DNA of 48,620 bases from Bacillales bacterium (GCA_016290145.1 JAEESX010000003.1:1-48620), one strand, 5' to 3'; positions 19,025 through 28,570 are shown, counted from the stretch's first letter. Numbers and translations: made by a program. The notes: generated by a model from the sequence alone, not told the origin.

Positions 19025-21142
19025 TTATACGTATTCAATCTTAACAGTAACTTGTGTACTGCTCATCGCGGTGAATGTAATTTTGTATGGGAATGTTTCA
19101 CCATTATTCATTGTGGTTGGAAGTGTGTTGTCCTTAGTAAGGAATTGTCTATAGTTATTGAATGTAAAGACATCACCTTGATGGAATAAATCATCGCTGT
19201 TCAAGAAATGTCTTGCACCACTTGATGTGCTACCAAATGTATCGGTTCCACCTCTTTGGATGATTGCGAGTTCTTTATAATTCGCCCAATCATCAAATGC
19301 CGAAGGTCTATCTTCATAATCTAATGCATCGTTATCTGTTGGCCTATAAATATACATGCTGCTTGTGACGTGTGAATTGTATTCAACAAGACTACTACCA
19401 GTCCAACGATACATTTGGTCATTAACGTGATACATACGCACACCATAATCGCCTAAATCATAGTGATTGCTGTAATACTCCCAAGCACTGCCTTGATAGA
19501 CACCGTTAACTGGATAATTAACTGCGTTGTTTCCGTATGGAGCGAATAATTCAATCATGAAATATTCATCAAACGCACTATTGTTGAATGTATCTGGATT
19601 TGCAGGAATGACTAAGCAGTCACCGTTGATTGATGCAGCTTGAATTGTGATTTCTGTTGGACCAGTAATAACATATGGAGAGATCCATCCAACAGAGAAT
19701 TTGGAGAATGAGTTCCAGTCAAAGATGTTAAAGGATTGCATGTCAGCAAAACCAATATAATCAATATCTGAACCAGAATAGTCATAATAGTCGTCTAAAC
19801 CAAAGATATGGCCTTGTTCGTGAATTGCTGTAACACAATCTTGAACATGATCGAGTGCGCTGATGGAATAGACATTTGCAACAGGTGATTCAGGTGTACC
19901 AGCAGTATTACCAGTTTGGTATTTATGTGGCCACAAAGGTTTACTCCAAGGATCTTGTCCAGTAGCATTTTTATAGGTATTAGTATTGAAATTTGTAATT
20001 AAATGAATGTTATCAATAACACCATCATCATTTAAATCATAATCATCTAAACTCATATTACTTTTAATATAGTTAACAGCATTTTTAATTAAATTGAAAA
20101 GTTTGCTATAAGTATCATCGGATTGAATTAAGTCACTGGTCAAACTAGTACTTGTTTCAACATATGGAGCTGTAACTGTACCTGAAATATTCATTTGTCC
20201 AAATGATGCTGTTTCGTAATACATCTTTAAGGACATCTTGTTAGGATTAGTTCCAAAGTAGTAACCATCAATTTCCGATAACCTGCTACTTGTCCAAGTA
20301 TCTATATAATTACCACTTAGCGTGATAGGAATAACAAGCATTTTAACATTACCTTTAGATGGAGAAATATCTGAATCTAAATCCGTTTGAACATTAACGA
20401 TGTCGCTAGAATTTAAACGATAGTAATTACCACCAACAGTGAATGGTGTTGAGAGTAAATATGTTTTATAGGAAAGAACCAAACTGTAATTAGTATTCAT
20501 TTCTAACGCTGTTTCAAGATAGTCATTAACAGTGTCGCCTTCTTTTCTAACTTTGAAGGTCATACCAGTTGTATCGGTATTGATGTTGTAAGTGTATTGT
20601 TCAATACCTTGTTCACGCCAATGAATTTTTAATGGTAAGTTTGTGAGTTTGTTTTTAACAATATCACCTTCATTGAATGTTGGTGTATTAACGTATTCAA
20701 CTGATTGAAGAACAAAGCCTTCTGTATCAAAACCAGAAGCAACATCAAAGTTGATAAATGTTGATAATGTTTTGTTGTCTACTTTGACTTTGAAATCAAC
20801 ACGATATTCACCAACATATTCAAATTGTGTGGAGGTGGTAATTTGTTGATTTAGTGGATTATAGATTCTATTGATTGTTGCGCTAGAGGCTGGAACAGTT
20901 TTGGTGCTGTTATCATCATAGTGAGCGGTCACAATAATGCCACTTGTGCTATAAGTACTACCAATTGTGTATGTCTTATTATCTTCAATGCTAACTGATT
21001 GCACTTTTGCTACCGGAGTTTGGTTATTGTTGTTATTATTGTTGTTATTTTCTCCACCATTCATGAAGCTTGCTAAGAAGTCACAAGCTGTTAATGAGAA
21101 TGCGCTGCAGAATACAAGGATTTTAGCCAATACTTTTTTCAT
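19025..21142 (-). CDS. M6-like (immune inhibitor A family) zinc metalloprotease lipoprotein with N-terminal Ig-like domain
   Basis: Lipobox LTAC, poly-Asn linker, YYETASFG, DYDLNDDGVID, HEQGHIFGLDDYY, EYFMIE. Confidence 0.85.
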   Translation of the reverse strand: MKKVLAKILVFCSAFSLTACDFLASFMNGGENNNNNNNNNQTPVAKVQSVSIEDNKTYTIGSTYSTSGIIVTAHYDDNSTKTVPASSATINRIYNPLNQQITTSTQFEYVGEYRVDFKVKVDNKTLSTFINFDVASGFDTEGFVLQSVEYVNTPTFNEGDIVKNKLTNLPLKIHWREQGIEQYTYNINTDTTGMTFKVRKEGDTVNDYLETALEMNTNYSLVLSYKTYLLSTPFTVGGNYYRLNSSDIVNVQTDLDSDISPSKGNVKMLVIPITLSGNYIDTWTSSRLSEIDGYYFGTNPNKMSLKMYYETASFGQMNISGTVTAPYVETSTSLTSDLIQSDDTYSKLFNLIKNAVNYIKSNMSLDDYDLNDDGVIDNIHLITNFNTNTYKNATGQDPWSKPLWPHKYQTGNTAGTPESPVANVYSISALDHVQDCVTAIHEQGHIFGLDDYYDYSGSDIDYIGFADMQSFNIFDWNSFSKFSVGWISPYVITGPTEITIQAASINGDCLVIPANPDTFNNSAFDEYFMIELFAPYGNNAVNYPVNGVYQGSAWEYYSNHYDLGDYGVRMYHVNDQMYRWTGSSLVEYNSHVTSSMYIYRPTDNDALDYEDRPSAFDDWANYKELAIIQRGGTDTFGSTSSGARHFLNSDDLFHQGDVFTFNNYRQFLTKDNTLPTTMNNGETFPYKITFTAMSSTQVTVKIEYV

Positions 21143-21384
21143 AGGTTTTCGCCTCTTTTTCATTTATAAAGCAAGTTTTTAAGTTTTGCTTCTAACTTTA
21201 TAGAAACATATTAACATATAAAGTCACCAACCAAGGTGACTTAATTATACTAATGCAGAGAAACGGTTTTTATTGAGCTCACGAAGAAACTAATTATAAT
21301 ATCAATAAGGGGGATTTTTTATTTCTCTATATAAGAGAAAGGAAAATAGCGTCTAATAAACTTAGATGTAAAAGAAAAAGGGGT

Positions 21385-22680
21385 ATGACAAAATTACAAA
21401 AAATTATTGGAGGAACATTAGTATCACTATCTGTTAGTGCTATTGTCATCCAATTTGCCGTTAGTACCAATTCCAAAAACGCAAAAGCCGATGAAGTGGC
21501 TTATTTAGACGCGTCCAATTCTCCCGAACTCACAAATGGTGAAGGTACAATGACTGACTCAAAAGGAGTCACTTGGGAATATTACAACGCGGAGGATTAT
21601 GCTTCCGGCCACATCACTATTGGTCATGAAGGCTATTTCGGTATTTCTTCTAACTCAGCTTGGGGTTTATCTGGCATTCAAAGTTTAAGAGTGGATTATA
21701 CCGCTGATGCACAATCTGAATTATGGCTCTTAACATCTATTGATGGTGTTGATTGGGGCGAACAATTAATCTTACAAGATAATATTTCCACTACTTTAGC
21801 TAAAAACTGGAAGTACATAAGATTCTATAATTATTCATCTAGCAATAGTTCAATCGATATTGATTGTCTTTATATTGATAGTGTTTGTGCGGAAACAGTT
21901 GCCTCTGAAGATGTTGATTCAGCACATTCCACTCAAATTGCTACACATTCAGCCAATTTAACGGTTTATAGTGAAACGAGCGATGTTTCTCCTCTTGGTG
22001 GTAGCGTAGAAGCAGTGAGATTTGAAAAATCCGGTAAAGAAAGTTCTAATGTTACCTTCTCATTTTGGAGAACATATACCGCTCTTGAAGTTGCCAATCA
22101 AAAACTAGAATATGATTTAAAAGTCGGAACTAATTATGGAAAGACAGTCGAGTTATTGAGCAACAATAAAACTGTTGGATTAGTAATTAATTCTAATGAT
22201 GCAACTAGTTTTATAAGCACACCATTAGGAGATAACTGGTATCACATTGAAATACCTATGAATGCATTCTTCACTTTCATTTCTGGATACGACAACGACA
22301 ATGTTCCTCCAAATAATCTTGCAACAACAGTAATTGATAGCGTGAAATTTAACGTTGGTACTTCAACTATTGATAACTTAAGAATTTCTGGTTCTCAATG
22401 TAGTATGGGCTTCTTTAATAGTCCTAGATACACACCAACAGTTGGTAGCGCTCTTTGGGTTAAAGCATCTTGGGTTGGAGTGTTACATAGTTGCACTCTA
22501 ACATGTAGTGATGAAACAGTTGCAAAACCTATTCCTACCACAGATGGACATTTAAGAAATGCTAGCCCGTTCTATATTAAATGTTTAAGTAGCGGGACTG
22601 TTACTGTTACCATAACATTAGTAGTTGGTTATAATAGACAACAACTTCCATCAATTACAAAGACATTTACTATTTCTTAA
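21385..22680 (+). CDS. Secreted beta-rich protein, paralog C
   Basis: Signal peptide ending AKA; same three-part architecture as 10738. Confidence 0.85.
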   Translation: MTKLQKIIGGTLVSLSVSAIVIQFAVSTNSKNAKADEVAYLDASNSPELTNGEGTMTDSKGVTWEYYNAEDYASGHITIGHEGYFGISSNSAWGLSGIQSLRVDYTADAQSELWLLTSIDGVDWGEQLILQDNISTTLAKNWKYIRFYNYSSSNSSIDIDCLYIDSVCAETVASEDVDSAHSTQIATHSANLTVYSETSDVSPLGGSVEAVRFEKSGKESSNVTFSFWRTYTALEVANQKLEYDLKVGTNYGKTVELLSNNKTVGLVINSNDATSFISTPLGDNWYHIEIPMNAFFTFISGYDNDNVPPNNLATTVIDSVKFNVGTSTIDNLRISGSQCSMGFFNSPRYTPTVGSALWVKASWVGVLHSCTLTCSDETVAKPIPTTDGHLRNASPFYIKCLSSGTVTVTITLVVGYNRQQLPSITKTFTIS

Positions 22681-22699
22681 TATTAATAATTTCTAAAAC

Positions 22700-22728
22700 A
22701 AAAGACCTCTTTCAAGAGGCCTTTTTTA
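22700..22728. terminator. Intrinsic terminator between convergent genes
   Basis: CCTCT-ttca-AGAGG followed by a T run. Confidence 0.7.
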
Positions 22729-22747
22729 TATCAAATAAATACAATAA

Positions 22748-23725
22748 TTAAGTTACTGAGAATGTATTGCTAATGGTAAATACTGTATGGTTTCTTCCAA
22801 TAACAAGAGTGGCAGTTAATACAACTGAACCTGCCTTAAGAAGTTTGAAATAGAATGGGCTTCCATTAGGGAATGGGGCGGTTGTAGATGTAGTATCATC
22901 CGCTGAAAACTCTGGAACTGCAACTTCAGTGTCACTGGATGTAAGTATACAAGAATGCAATTCACCAGAGAATGCTACCTTAAACCAGAAGAATTTTCCT
23001 GCAGAATCACTTGTCCATCTATTAAATATGCCCAACCTTGCAGCAGGCTCTATATTGAAATGTAAATTATCTATAATTGCGAAAGCGGTTATAGAGTTGT
23101 AGTTAAACATGTATTTGTCATTGATTTTAATACCATTAACTTTTTTATCTAATGCGATAGGACTATCTTGGTGACTTGCCAACGTTGGCATACTAGCGAA
23201 AACAAAGTATTCTAAGTGCCACCAATCCTCGTCGATATTAGTAACGACAAATGAAGATTTGTCATTTACTGTATCTGAACCACCTTGTTCAGTACCTTGA
23301 CCAGAATTATTATTCATAAATGTAACACTTGGAAAACCCTTGTTATTTTGTTCTCTTTTGTATTTGTGATAGTAATCAAATTCAATTTTAAAGAACCGAA
23401 TTTCGCTTAGATAATAATCCCTATCAAAATTAATATGAATAATATGGTTTCCACTTGATGATCCAGTAGTGCTTGTCATTCTAATGGCTTCGTAACTGTC
23501 TTGAGTTATGGTGGTTTCTTTAGTCAAAGTCAAATTACTACTGCTGCGGACATAGCTGGTTTTAGCAAAGTCAGTATCTTCAAGGAATTTCCATGTTGGG
23601 AAGTTGGCTTGGATGGAATTATCCGTATTTTGAGCATTAGTCATAGCCCAAGCGGAATGACCCACACCAAACAAACTAGCGGAAGCGATAATTCCAGCTA
23701 AGAAAAGTAAAATTTTATTCTTCAT
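22748..23725 (-). CDS. Secreted protein with SipW-type signal peptide, paralog D (lacks the family N-terminal domain)
   Basis: Signal ...LFGVGHSAW; EFDYY, WWHLE, IIDNL, FKVAFSGELHSC, SPFY, GSVVLTATLVIG shared with A-C. Confidence 0.85.
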   Translation of the reverse strand: MKNKILLFLAGIIASASLFGVGHSAWAMTNAQNTDNSIQANFPTWKFLEDTDFAKTSYVRSSSNLTLTKETTITQDSYEAIRMTSTTGSSSGNHIIHINFDRDYYLSEIRFFKIEFDYYHKYKREQNNKGFPSVTFMNNNSGQGTEQGGSDTVNDKSSFVVTNIDEDWWHLEYFVFASMPTLASHQDSPIALDKKVNGIKINDKYMFNYNSITAFAIIDNLHFNIEPAARLGIFNRWTSDSAGKFFWFKVAFSGELHSCILTSSDTEVAVPEFSADDTTSTTAPFPNGSPFYFKLLKAGSVVLTATLVIGRNHTVFTISNTFSVT

Positions 23726-24480
23726 GCCTTTTCTCCTTTCATTCGCTTCTTATTAATTTTGGTGATTTGGTGATTGCCAACTTCAGAAACTACGGTGATA
23801 CCAATAATGCCCACTAATGACCAAAGGCCAAAATAAGATTGAGCATACAAAATGAAAGAGCCGATACCACGAACTTTTCTACCTGTGTAGTGATAAACTA
23901 CCTTATCTCTCGTAATTAATTGATGGGTAGCATCAAAGTCAGAGACAGGGTTATTGTCTCCTCTGAATTCATAACCGGTTTCGTGTATCGTATCTAATCT
24001 ATGTGTGATTATGACATCTTTATATTTATAGCCGTAGATTTCACCCTCAACGAGTTCGCTTTGATCTGACAATTTTTCAAAGACACAAATATCTCCAACA
24101 CCAAATTGTAATCTCTTATTGTTGTTATATTTTGAGGCTATTTCATCATCATAGAATCCTGACATTGAGTCGGTTTTAATGACGAGGGAAGTTTGGTTAT
24201 TAATAGTGAAGTTCTCACCACTTACTTTATAGACTAATCCCGCTACAAATAAGCTCAGCACTACTGAAAGGAGAACATAAGATCCTATAAGTCCTATAAG
24301 TCCTCCTTTCTTACTTTTCTTATCACGATATTCTTTGAGAATTTCTTTATCGTGTTTACCAAGGTTGACTTCTAACTTATAAGATTTTATGCAAGCACTA
24401 TAGGCTAACCAAGTTAGACCAAAAATGATTGCGGTTAAGAGCACAATCACGACTATCGTAATAATCGTAATTGAATTCAT
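23722..24480 (-). CDS. sipW: SipW-like (S26B, ER-type) signal peptidase I
   Basis: IKTDSMS (Ser), VGD, ITHR (His), FRGDNN--D; flanking TM helices. Confidence 0.78.
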   Translation of the reverse strand: MNSITIITIVVIVLLTAIIFGLTWLAYSACIKSYKLEVNLGKHDKEILKEYRDKKSKKGGLIGLIGSYVLLSVVLSLFVAGLVYKVSGENFTINNQTSLVIKTDSMSGFYDDEIASKYNNNKRLQFGVGDICVFEKLSDQSELVEGEIYGYKYKDVIITHRLDTIHETGYEFRGDNNPVSDFDATHQLITRDKVVYHYTGRKVRGIGSFILYAQSYFGLWSLVGIIGITVVSEVGNHQITKINKKRMKGEKA

Positions 24481-24490
24481 ATCCTATACC

Positions 24491-25099
24491 TTAGTGAATA
24501 GCTGAAACATTAAATGTAAATGCAAATGTTAAACTGAGTGCAGCAACTTCTGCTTGTAAAGAATTAACTTCTGAAACACTTGTTGGAATTTGAGCGTATT
24601 CAACTGCTGGTAAATTCCAAACATATTCAACATCGGCATCCGCGGCTGTAGATGTAACTGTTTGATCTAAAGCACTTGTCGCGGCGATGTTAACCCATGT
24701 TCCATTAACAGCGGCTGTGGCTGTAGATGCGAAGTGGCCATCGTAAGTTTCGATATCAGCGATATCATTGTCATCTTCTTCAACAGAACCAATGAGTGTT
24801 AAAGATGTGATCTTCTTAGAGACATCGTTTGAGTCTTCAGTGGACCAATAGATGCCATTACCATCTAAAAGACCTTCTTCACCAGCTGGAGCATCGCAAA
24901 TGAGATAAATGCCTGTAATCTCATTGCCTGCGGCGTCTTTAACTTTTAAGTCTTTCGCTTCGATTGCGGCGGTGACTTTTGGTTCTACATCAACGTCCGC
25001 GTCGACTGTTTTTGTAAAACCCCATGCAGCGAAACCGACACCAACAAAAGCGAGGGTAGCTGCACCAGAAATGATTGCTAATTTGTTACGTAATTTCAT
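24491..25099 (-). CDS. SipW-cognate secreted protein (TasA/camelysin-like fibre subunit candidate)
   Basis: Signal ...FVGVGFAAWGFT, acidic Ala/Thr/Val-rich mature part, terminal beta-strand LTFAFTFNV; first gene before sipW. Confidence 0.72.
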   Translation of the reverse strand: MKLRNKLAIISGAATLAFVGVGFAAWGFTKTVDADVDVEPKVTAAIEAKDLKVKDAAGNEITGIYLICDAPAGEEGLLDGNGIYWSTEDSNDVSKKITSLTLIGSVEEDDNDIADIETYDGHFASTATAAVNGTWVNIAATSALDQTVTSTAADADVEYVWNLPAVEYAQIPTSVSEVNSLQAEVAALSLTFAFTFNVSAIH

Positions 25100-25142
25100 A
25101 ACAATTCCCCTTTCTTAACTAAATCGATGTGGAAAAAATATT

Positions 25143-25232
25143 CCATCATTGAAGCAGCTGGCTGTCCATTATCTTCGGACCCTATAGTTTTGCGACCCCA
25201 AATCTCTTTAGGTGTGCCTTTGTATACGATGA
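25143..25232 (-). promoter_or_regulatory. c-di-GMP-I (GEMM) riboswitch
   Basis: Minus strand AAAGGCACAC-CUAAA-GAGA-UUUGG-GGUCGCAAAACUAUAGGGUCC...GGACAGCCAGCUGC matches the GGCAAAC..GNRA..CGCAAA..CAGCCAGUUGC consensus; lies in the 5' UTR. Confidence 0.88.
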
Positions 25233-25310
25233 TTTAGTTGTGTATATATTATATAAACTTTTAAAAACGAGGAAATACTTTTTTCTTACATAGTAAGTAT
25301 ACGTAAAAAT

Positions 25311-25332
25311 AAAAGCCCTCTAAAGAGGGCCT
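25311..25332 (-). terminator. Intrinsic terminator
   Basis: Minus strand GCCCUCU-uu-AGAGGGC-UUUUAUUUUU (the loop probably includes the innermost pair). Confidence 0.75.
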
Positions 25333-25348
25333 ACCTAAATTTTATTAA

Positions 25349-26212
25349 TTAATTTGTAATGAGCCTTAAATCAGAATTATATTTCGTGAATATTTCTTTC
25401 GCGTACAAAGGGCATTCTTGAACTCTAATGAATATAGGTTCCGCCATTCCGCTTGGACTACTAGAGAAATCATTTTGTTCAACTGTATAAGAAATGCTAC
25501 CATTTACAGGATAAATCTCTTGAGTGAAAGAAGAGAACGATATGTATTTATTCGGGAAAGATAATTCCAAGGTAGCAGTGTTATTTGTGCTTTTATTTGT
25601 TTGATAATAATAGCCACCAAATAATCCTGTTTTATATTCTCCCCAATAAAAGATGTTATAGCCAATGAGCATACAATCGTAACCACTTTGAGACCATGAT
25701 AATTTCGAAACAATTGTGCAAATGTTAGAGAAGGTATCATATTCGAAGGTCAAGTTGTAAATATAAGTGGTAGATGAATCAACTCTTGTACCTGCTTTTG
25801 CAAAGATATATAGAACATGTCCTTTATTATCGACTTCACCTTCGCCTTTTGAAGAGAATAAGCGATAAACTTCTGTGTTTGGTGCTGCGACATTAACTAA
25901 ACAAGTTAGTTTCACATCCTCGCTAATAGTTGCGGTAATGGTAATGTTAGTTTTTACATAATAAGCACTAACTAAACCAGCATCACTAACAGCGCAGTAA
26001 TCTGAATAATCACTAGACCAAGTGACATCAGAATATGCTTCACCATTTTTAGTGACTGATAATTGATACTCGTCACCAATAGTTAAATTAAGTTGGGTTT
26101 GATTCAACGCATAAGTGTCCTCTTTTGGTGTTGGATCAACATTTTGTCTTGTATTGGTGTTACAAGCTACCACCATAGGAAATAAAAGTATGATTAGTCC
26201 TAACTTTTTCAT
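25349..26212 (-). CDS. Lipoprotein with bacterial Ig-like (group 2) domain
   Basis: Lipobox VVAC; LNLTIGDEYQL..VTWSSD..VSDAGLVSA..ITITAT. Confidence 0.82.
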   Translation of the reverse strand: MKKLGLIILLFPMVVACNTNTRQNVDPTPKEDTYALNQTQLNLTIGDEYQLSVTKNGEAYSDVTWSSDYSDYCAVSDAGLVSAYYVKTNITITATISEDVKLTCLVNVAAPNTEVYRLFSSKGEGEVDNKGHVLYIFAKAGTRVDSSTTYIYNLTFEYDTFSNICTIVSKLSWSQSGYDCMLIGYNIFYWGEYKTGLFGGYYYQTNKSTNNTATLELSFPNKYISFSSFTQEIYPVNGSISYTVEQNDFSSSPSGMAEPIFIRVQECPLYAKEIFTKYNSDLRLITN

Positions 26213-26474
26213 ATAAATGATTTTAATTTCTAGTGGTCATTATGTAAAGAAAGGTAGTAATTGTTTACTAATTTAAATAAAACAAAACCCCTTGATAGGG
26301 GTATTTTGTAGTTGTCTAAACCAAACCATTCATATTATTGCGTGACTTAGAGCATAAGGGAGCGGGCGAAACGAACTATTTTTGAGCATGGAGACAGGAC
26401 TCAGGTGGGCCGTATTACAAGCTGTCGATAAGCATTTGTTTAGGCTTAGAGGCAAAGCTCCACCACCATGTCGG

Positions 26475-26657
26475 CTATGATAATCCAAGACAATTTGATA
26501 ATTATCTGATGAATAGTTGTTGTCAGCAAAAGCAAAAGAAGAAATTCCAAAGAAACTATTAGTGATAATGGCAGCACCACTAACAGCAAATAGTAATGCT
26601 GATGTAGCGAATAATAGGGCTTTCTTTTTATGCTTAAAAACTTTATTGTTTTACCAA
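26475..26657 (-). pseudogene. Remnant N-terminus of a secreted protein
   Basis: A frame not in the ORF track reads NNKVFKHKKKALLFATSALLFAVSGAAIITNSFFGISSFAFADNNYSSDNYQIVLD, has no in-frame start and runs into compositionally different DNA. Confidence 0.45.
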
Positions 26658-26745
26658 TCGTGTACCTACAAAAATATGAATGAATCGACATTTATTTCTT
26701 TTTCTTTTCTTTACTCACACATAATGCATACAATTAATGTTGGCT

Positions 26746-27753
26746 ATGATAGAAGTTAAATCACTTACCAAAGTATTCCGTAAGCCTATTCGTGGAAGAG
26801 GCGTTTTAGGAATGCTTAAAACACTATTCTCCCGCAAGTATAAAGAAATACGAGCGGTCGATGATGTTTCTTTTGATATAGGTGAAGGCGAGATAGTTGG
26901 CTACATCGGTTCTAACGGTGCTGGTAAATCCACTACCATCAAAATGATGTGCGGTATCTTAACACCAACATCTGGCAAAGTATTAGTTAATGGAAGAGAG
27001 CCGTACGTCAAAAGAAAGGTTGTCGCCAAAGAGATTGGTGTTGTCTTTGGACAAAAGACACAATTATGGTGGGACATTCCTTTAATCGAATCTTTTAAAG
27101 TTCTTAAAGAAATCTATCAAGTTAGTGAAGAAGATTATAAATCTAGGATGGAATTCCTTTCTTCTGTTTTAGGTATTGATGAGTTTCTAACTCAACCAGT
27201 GAGAACTCTTTCCTTAGGGCAAAGAATGAGAGCCGATTTAGCAGCTTCAATGCTCCATAATCCCAAGATCTTATTCCTTGATGAACCTACGATTGGCATG
27301 GATGTTCTTGTTAAAGAAAAGATTAGGCAAGCAATCCATGCATTAAACGCTAAATATCACACCACTGTTGTTTTAACTACCCACGATATGGTGGATATTG
27401 AAAACCTCTGTTCCCGTATCATTATGATTGAAAAAGGTAAGATCATCTATGATGGTCCATTAGGAGACATTAAACATCGTTTTGGAAATATCAAGACATT
27501 AACATTAACAATTCCCGCCAATATCAATCCTCAAGAAGTGAAACCTTATTCTGAAGAAGTTGATTTAATCACCGAAAAAGATAAAGTCATGCTTAGGTTT
27601 GACGCTGATAAAGTTAAACTTGAGGATGTTGTTCAATATGCATTCTCTAATTATCAAGCAATAGATATGAAAATCTCTGACATCTCCATCGAAGATGTTG
27701 TGAAGAAAATCCTCGCCCAACAAGAGGAAGAAAAACATGCTAAAGAAATATAA
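26746..27753 (+). CDS. ABC transporter ATP-binding protein
   Basis: GSNGAGKST, LSLGQRMR, LFLDEPT, TTH. Confidence 0.93.
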   Translation: MIEVKSLTKVFRKPIRGRGVLGMLKTLFSRKYKEIRAVDDVSFDIGEGEIVGYIGSNGAGKSTTIKMMCGILTPTSGKVLVNGREPYVKRKVVAKEIGVVFGQKTQLWWDIPLIESFKVLKEIYQVSEEDYKSRMEFLSSVLGIDEFLTQPVRTLSLGQRMRADLAASMLHNPKILFLDEPTIGMDVLVKEKIRQAIHALNAKYHTTVVLTTHDMVDIENLCSRIIMIEKGKIIYDGPLGDIKHRFGNIKTLTLTIPANINPQEVKPYSEEVDLITEKDKVMLRFDADKVKLEDVVQYAFSNYQAIDMKISDISIEDVVKKILAQQEEEKHAKEI

Positions 27754-28570
27754 GCCGTTCCTTCGCGCATCAGCGATGGATTTAATGGCGTATAAATTCA
27801 ACATATTAATCTGGGTGATTGTCACTATTTTTGAAGTGGTATGTCTTATTTTCCTTTGGCTAGCTGTTTATAGCAGTAGCGAAGGGGGCATGGATGCTTC
27901 AATTAATGGATTTACGTATAAAGAGATGATTGCCTATGTTGTTTTAACAACTGTTTTTGGCTTTGTCACTTTTAACAACGATACGATGTGGCACATCAAC
28001 CAAGATATTATCAAAGGAACAATTGGCAACTATGTTATTAAACCTATTTCCTATAGAGGAAAGTTTGTAGCGTCTAATCTTGGTTCATTCCTAATGATGG
28101 GATTATTGTTTGGACTACCTCTTTATGGAATAAGCCTCGGTGTACTAATAGGTATTGGATTCTTACCCATTGTTTCTGTTTGGGATTTCATCGCACATAT
28201 TGGACTATTTTTAGTTTCAAGTGTACTTGCCTGTTTATTAAATGACACAATTGCATATCTATTTGGGATTCTATGTTTCTATACATCTTCTGCTTGGGGA
28301 CTTAATTCATTAAAAACCACAGTTATTTCATTCTTATCTGGTGCACTGCTCCCATTAGCGTTCTTCTCACCTATATTTAGAGATATCGTTGGATATATGC
28401 CATTCGCAGGAATGAGCCAAAACCCAATTCTCATATTGATGATGAAATATGATTATTGGCAATCACTAAAAGTGATATTAATCTCTCTAGCGTGGTTAAT
28501 CATTCTAGAACTATTTGTTAAATTGCTCTTCTCTCATGCGATTAAGAAAGTGACAGTACAAGGTGGATAG
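27737..28570 (+). CDS. ABC-2 family (DUF990-like) permease
   Basis: 6 TM, FLSGALLPL, C-terminal VQGG. Confidence 0.88.
   Translation: MLKKYKPFLRASAMDLMAYKFNILIWVIVTIFEVVCLIFLWLAVYSSSEGGMDASINGFTYKEMIAYVVLTTVFGFVTFNNDTMWHINQDIIKGTIGNYVIKPISYRGKFVASNLGSFLMMGLLFGLPLYGISLGVLIGIGFLPIVSVWDFIAHIGLFLVSSVLACLLNDTIAYLFGILCFYTSSAWGLNSLKTTVISFLSGALLPLAFFSPIFRDIVGYMPFAGMSQNPILILMMKYDYWQSLKVILISLAWLIILELFVKLLFSHAIKKVTVQGG

Noticed and set aside
24283-24306. 9-bp tandem duplication in the sipW-like gene
   Set aside because: In-frame (GLIGLIG), only two full copies; no evidence of phase variation.
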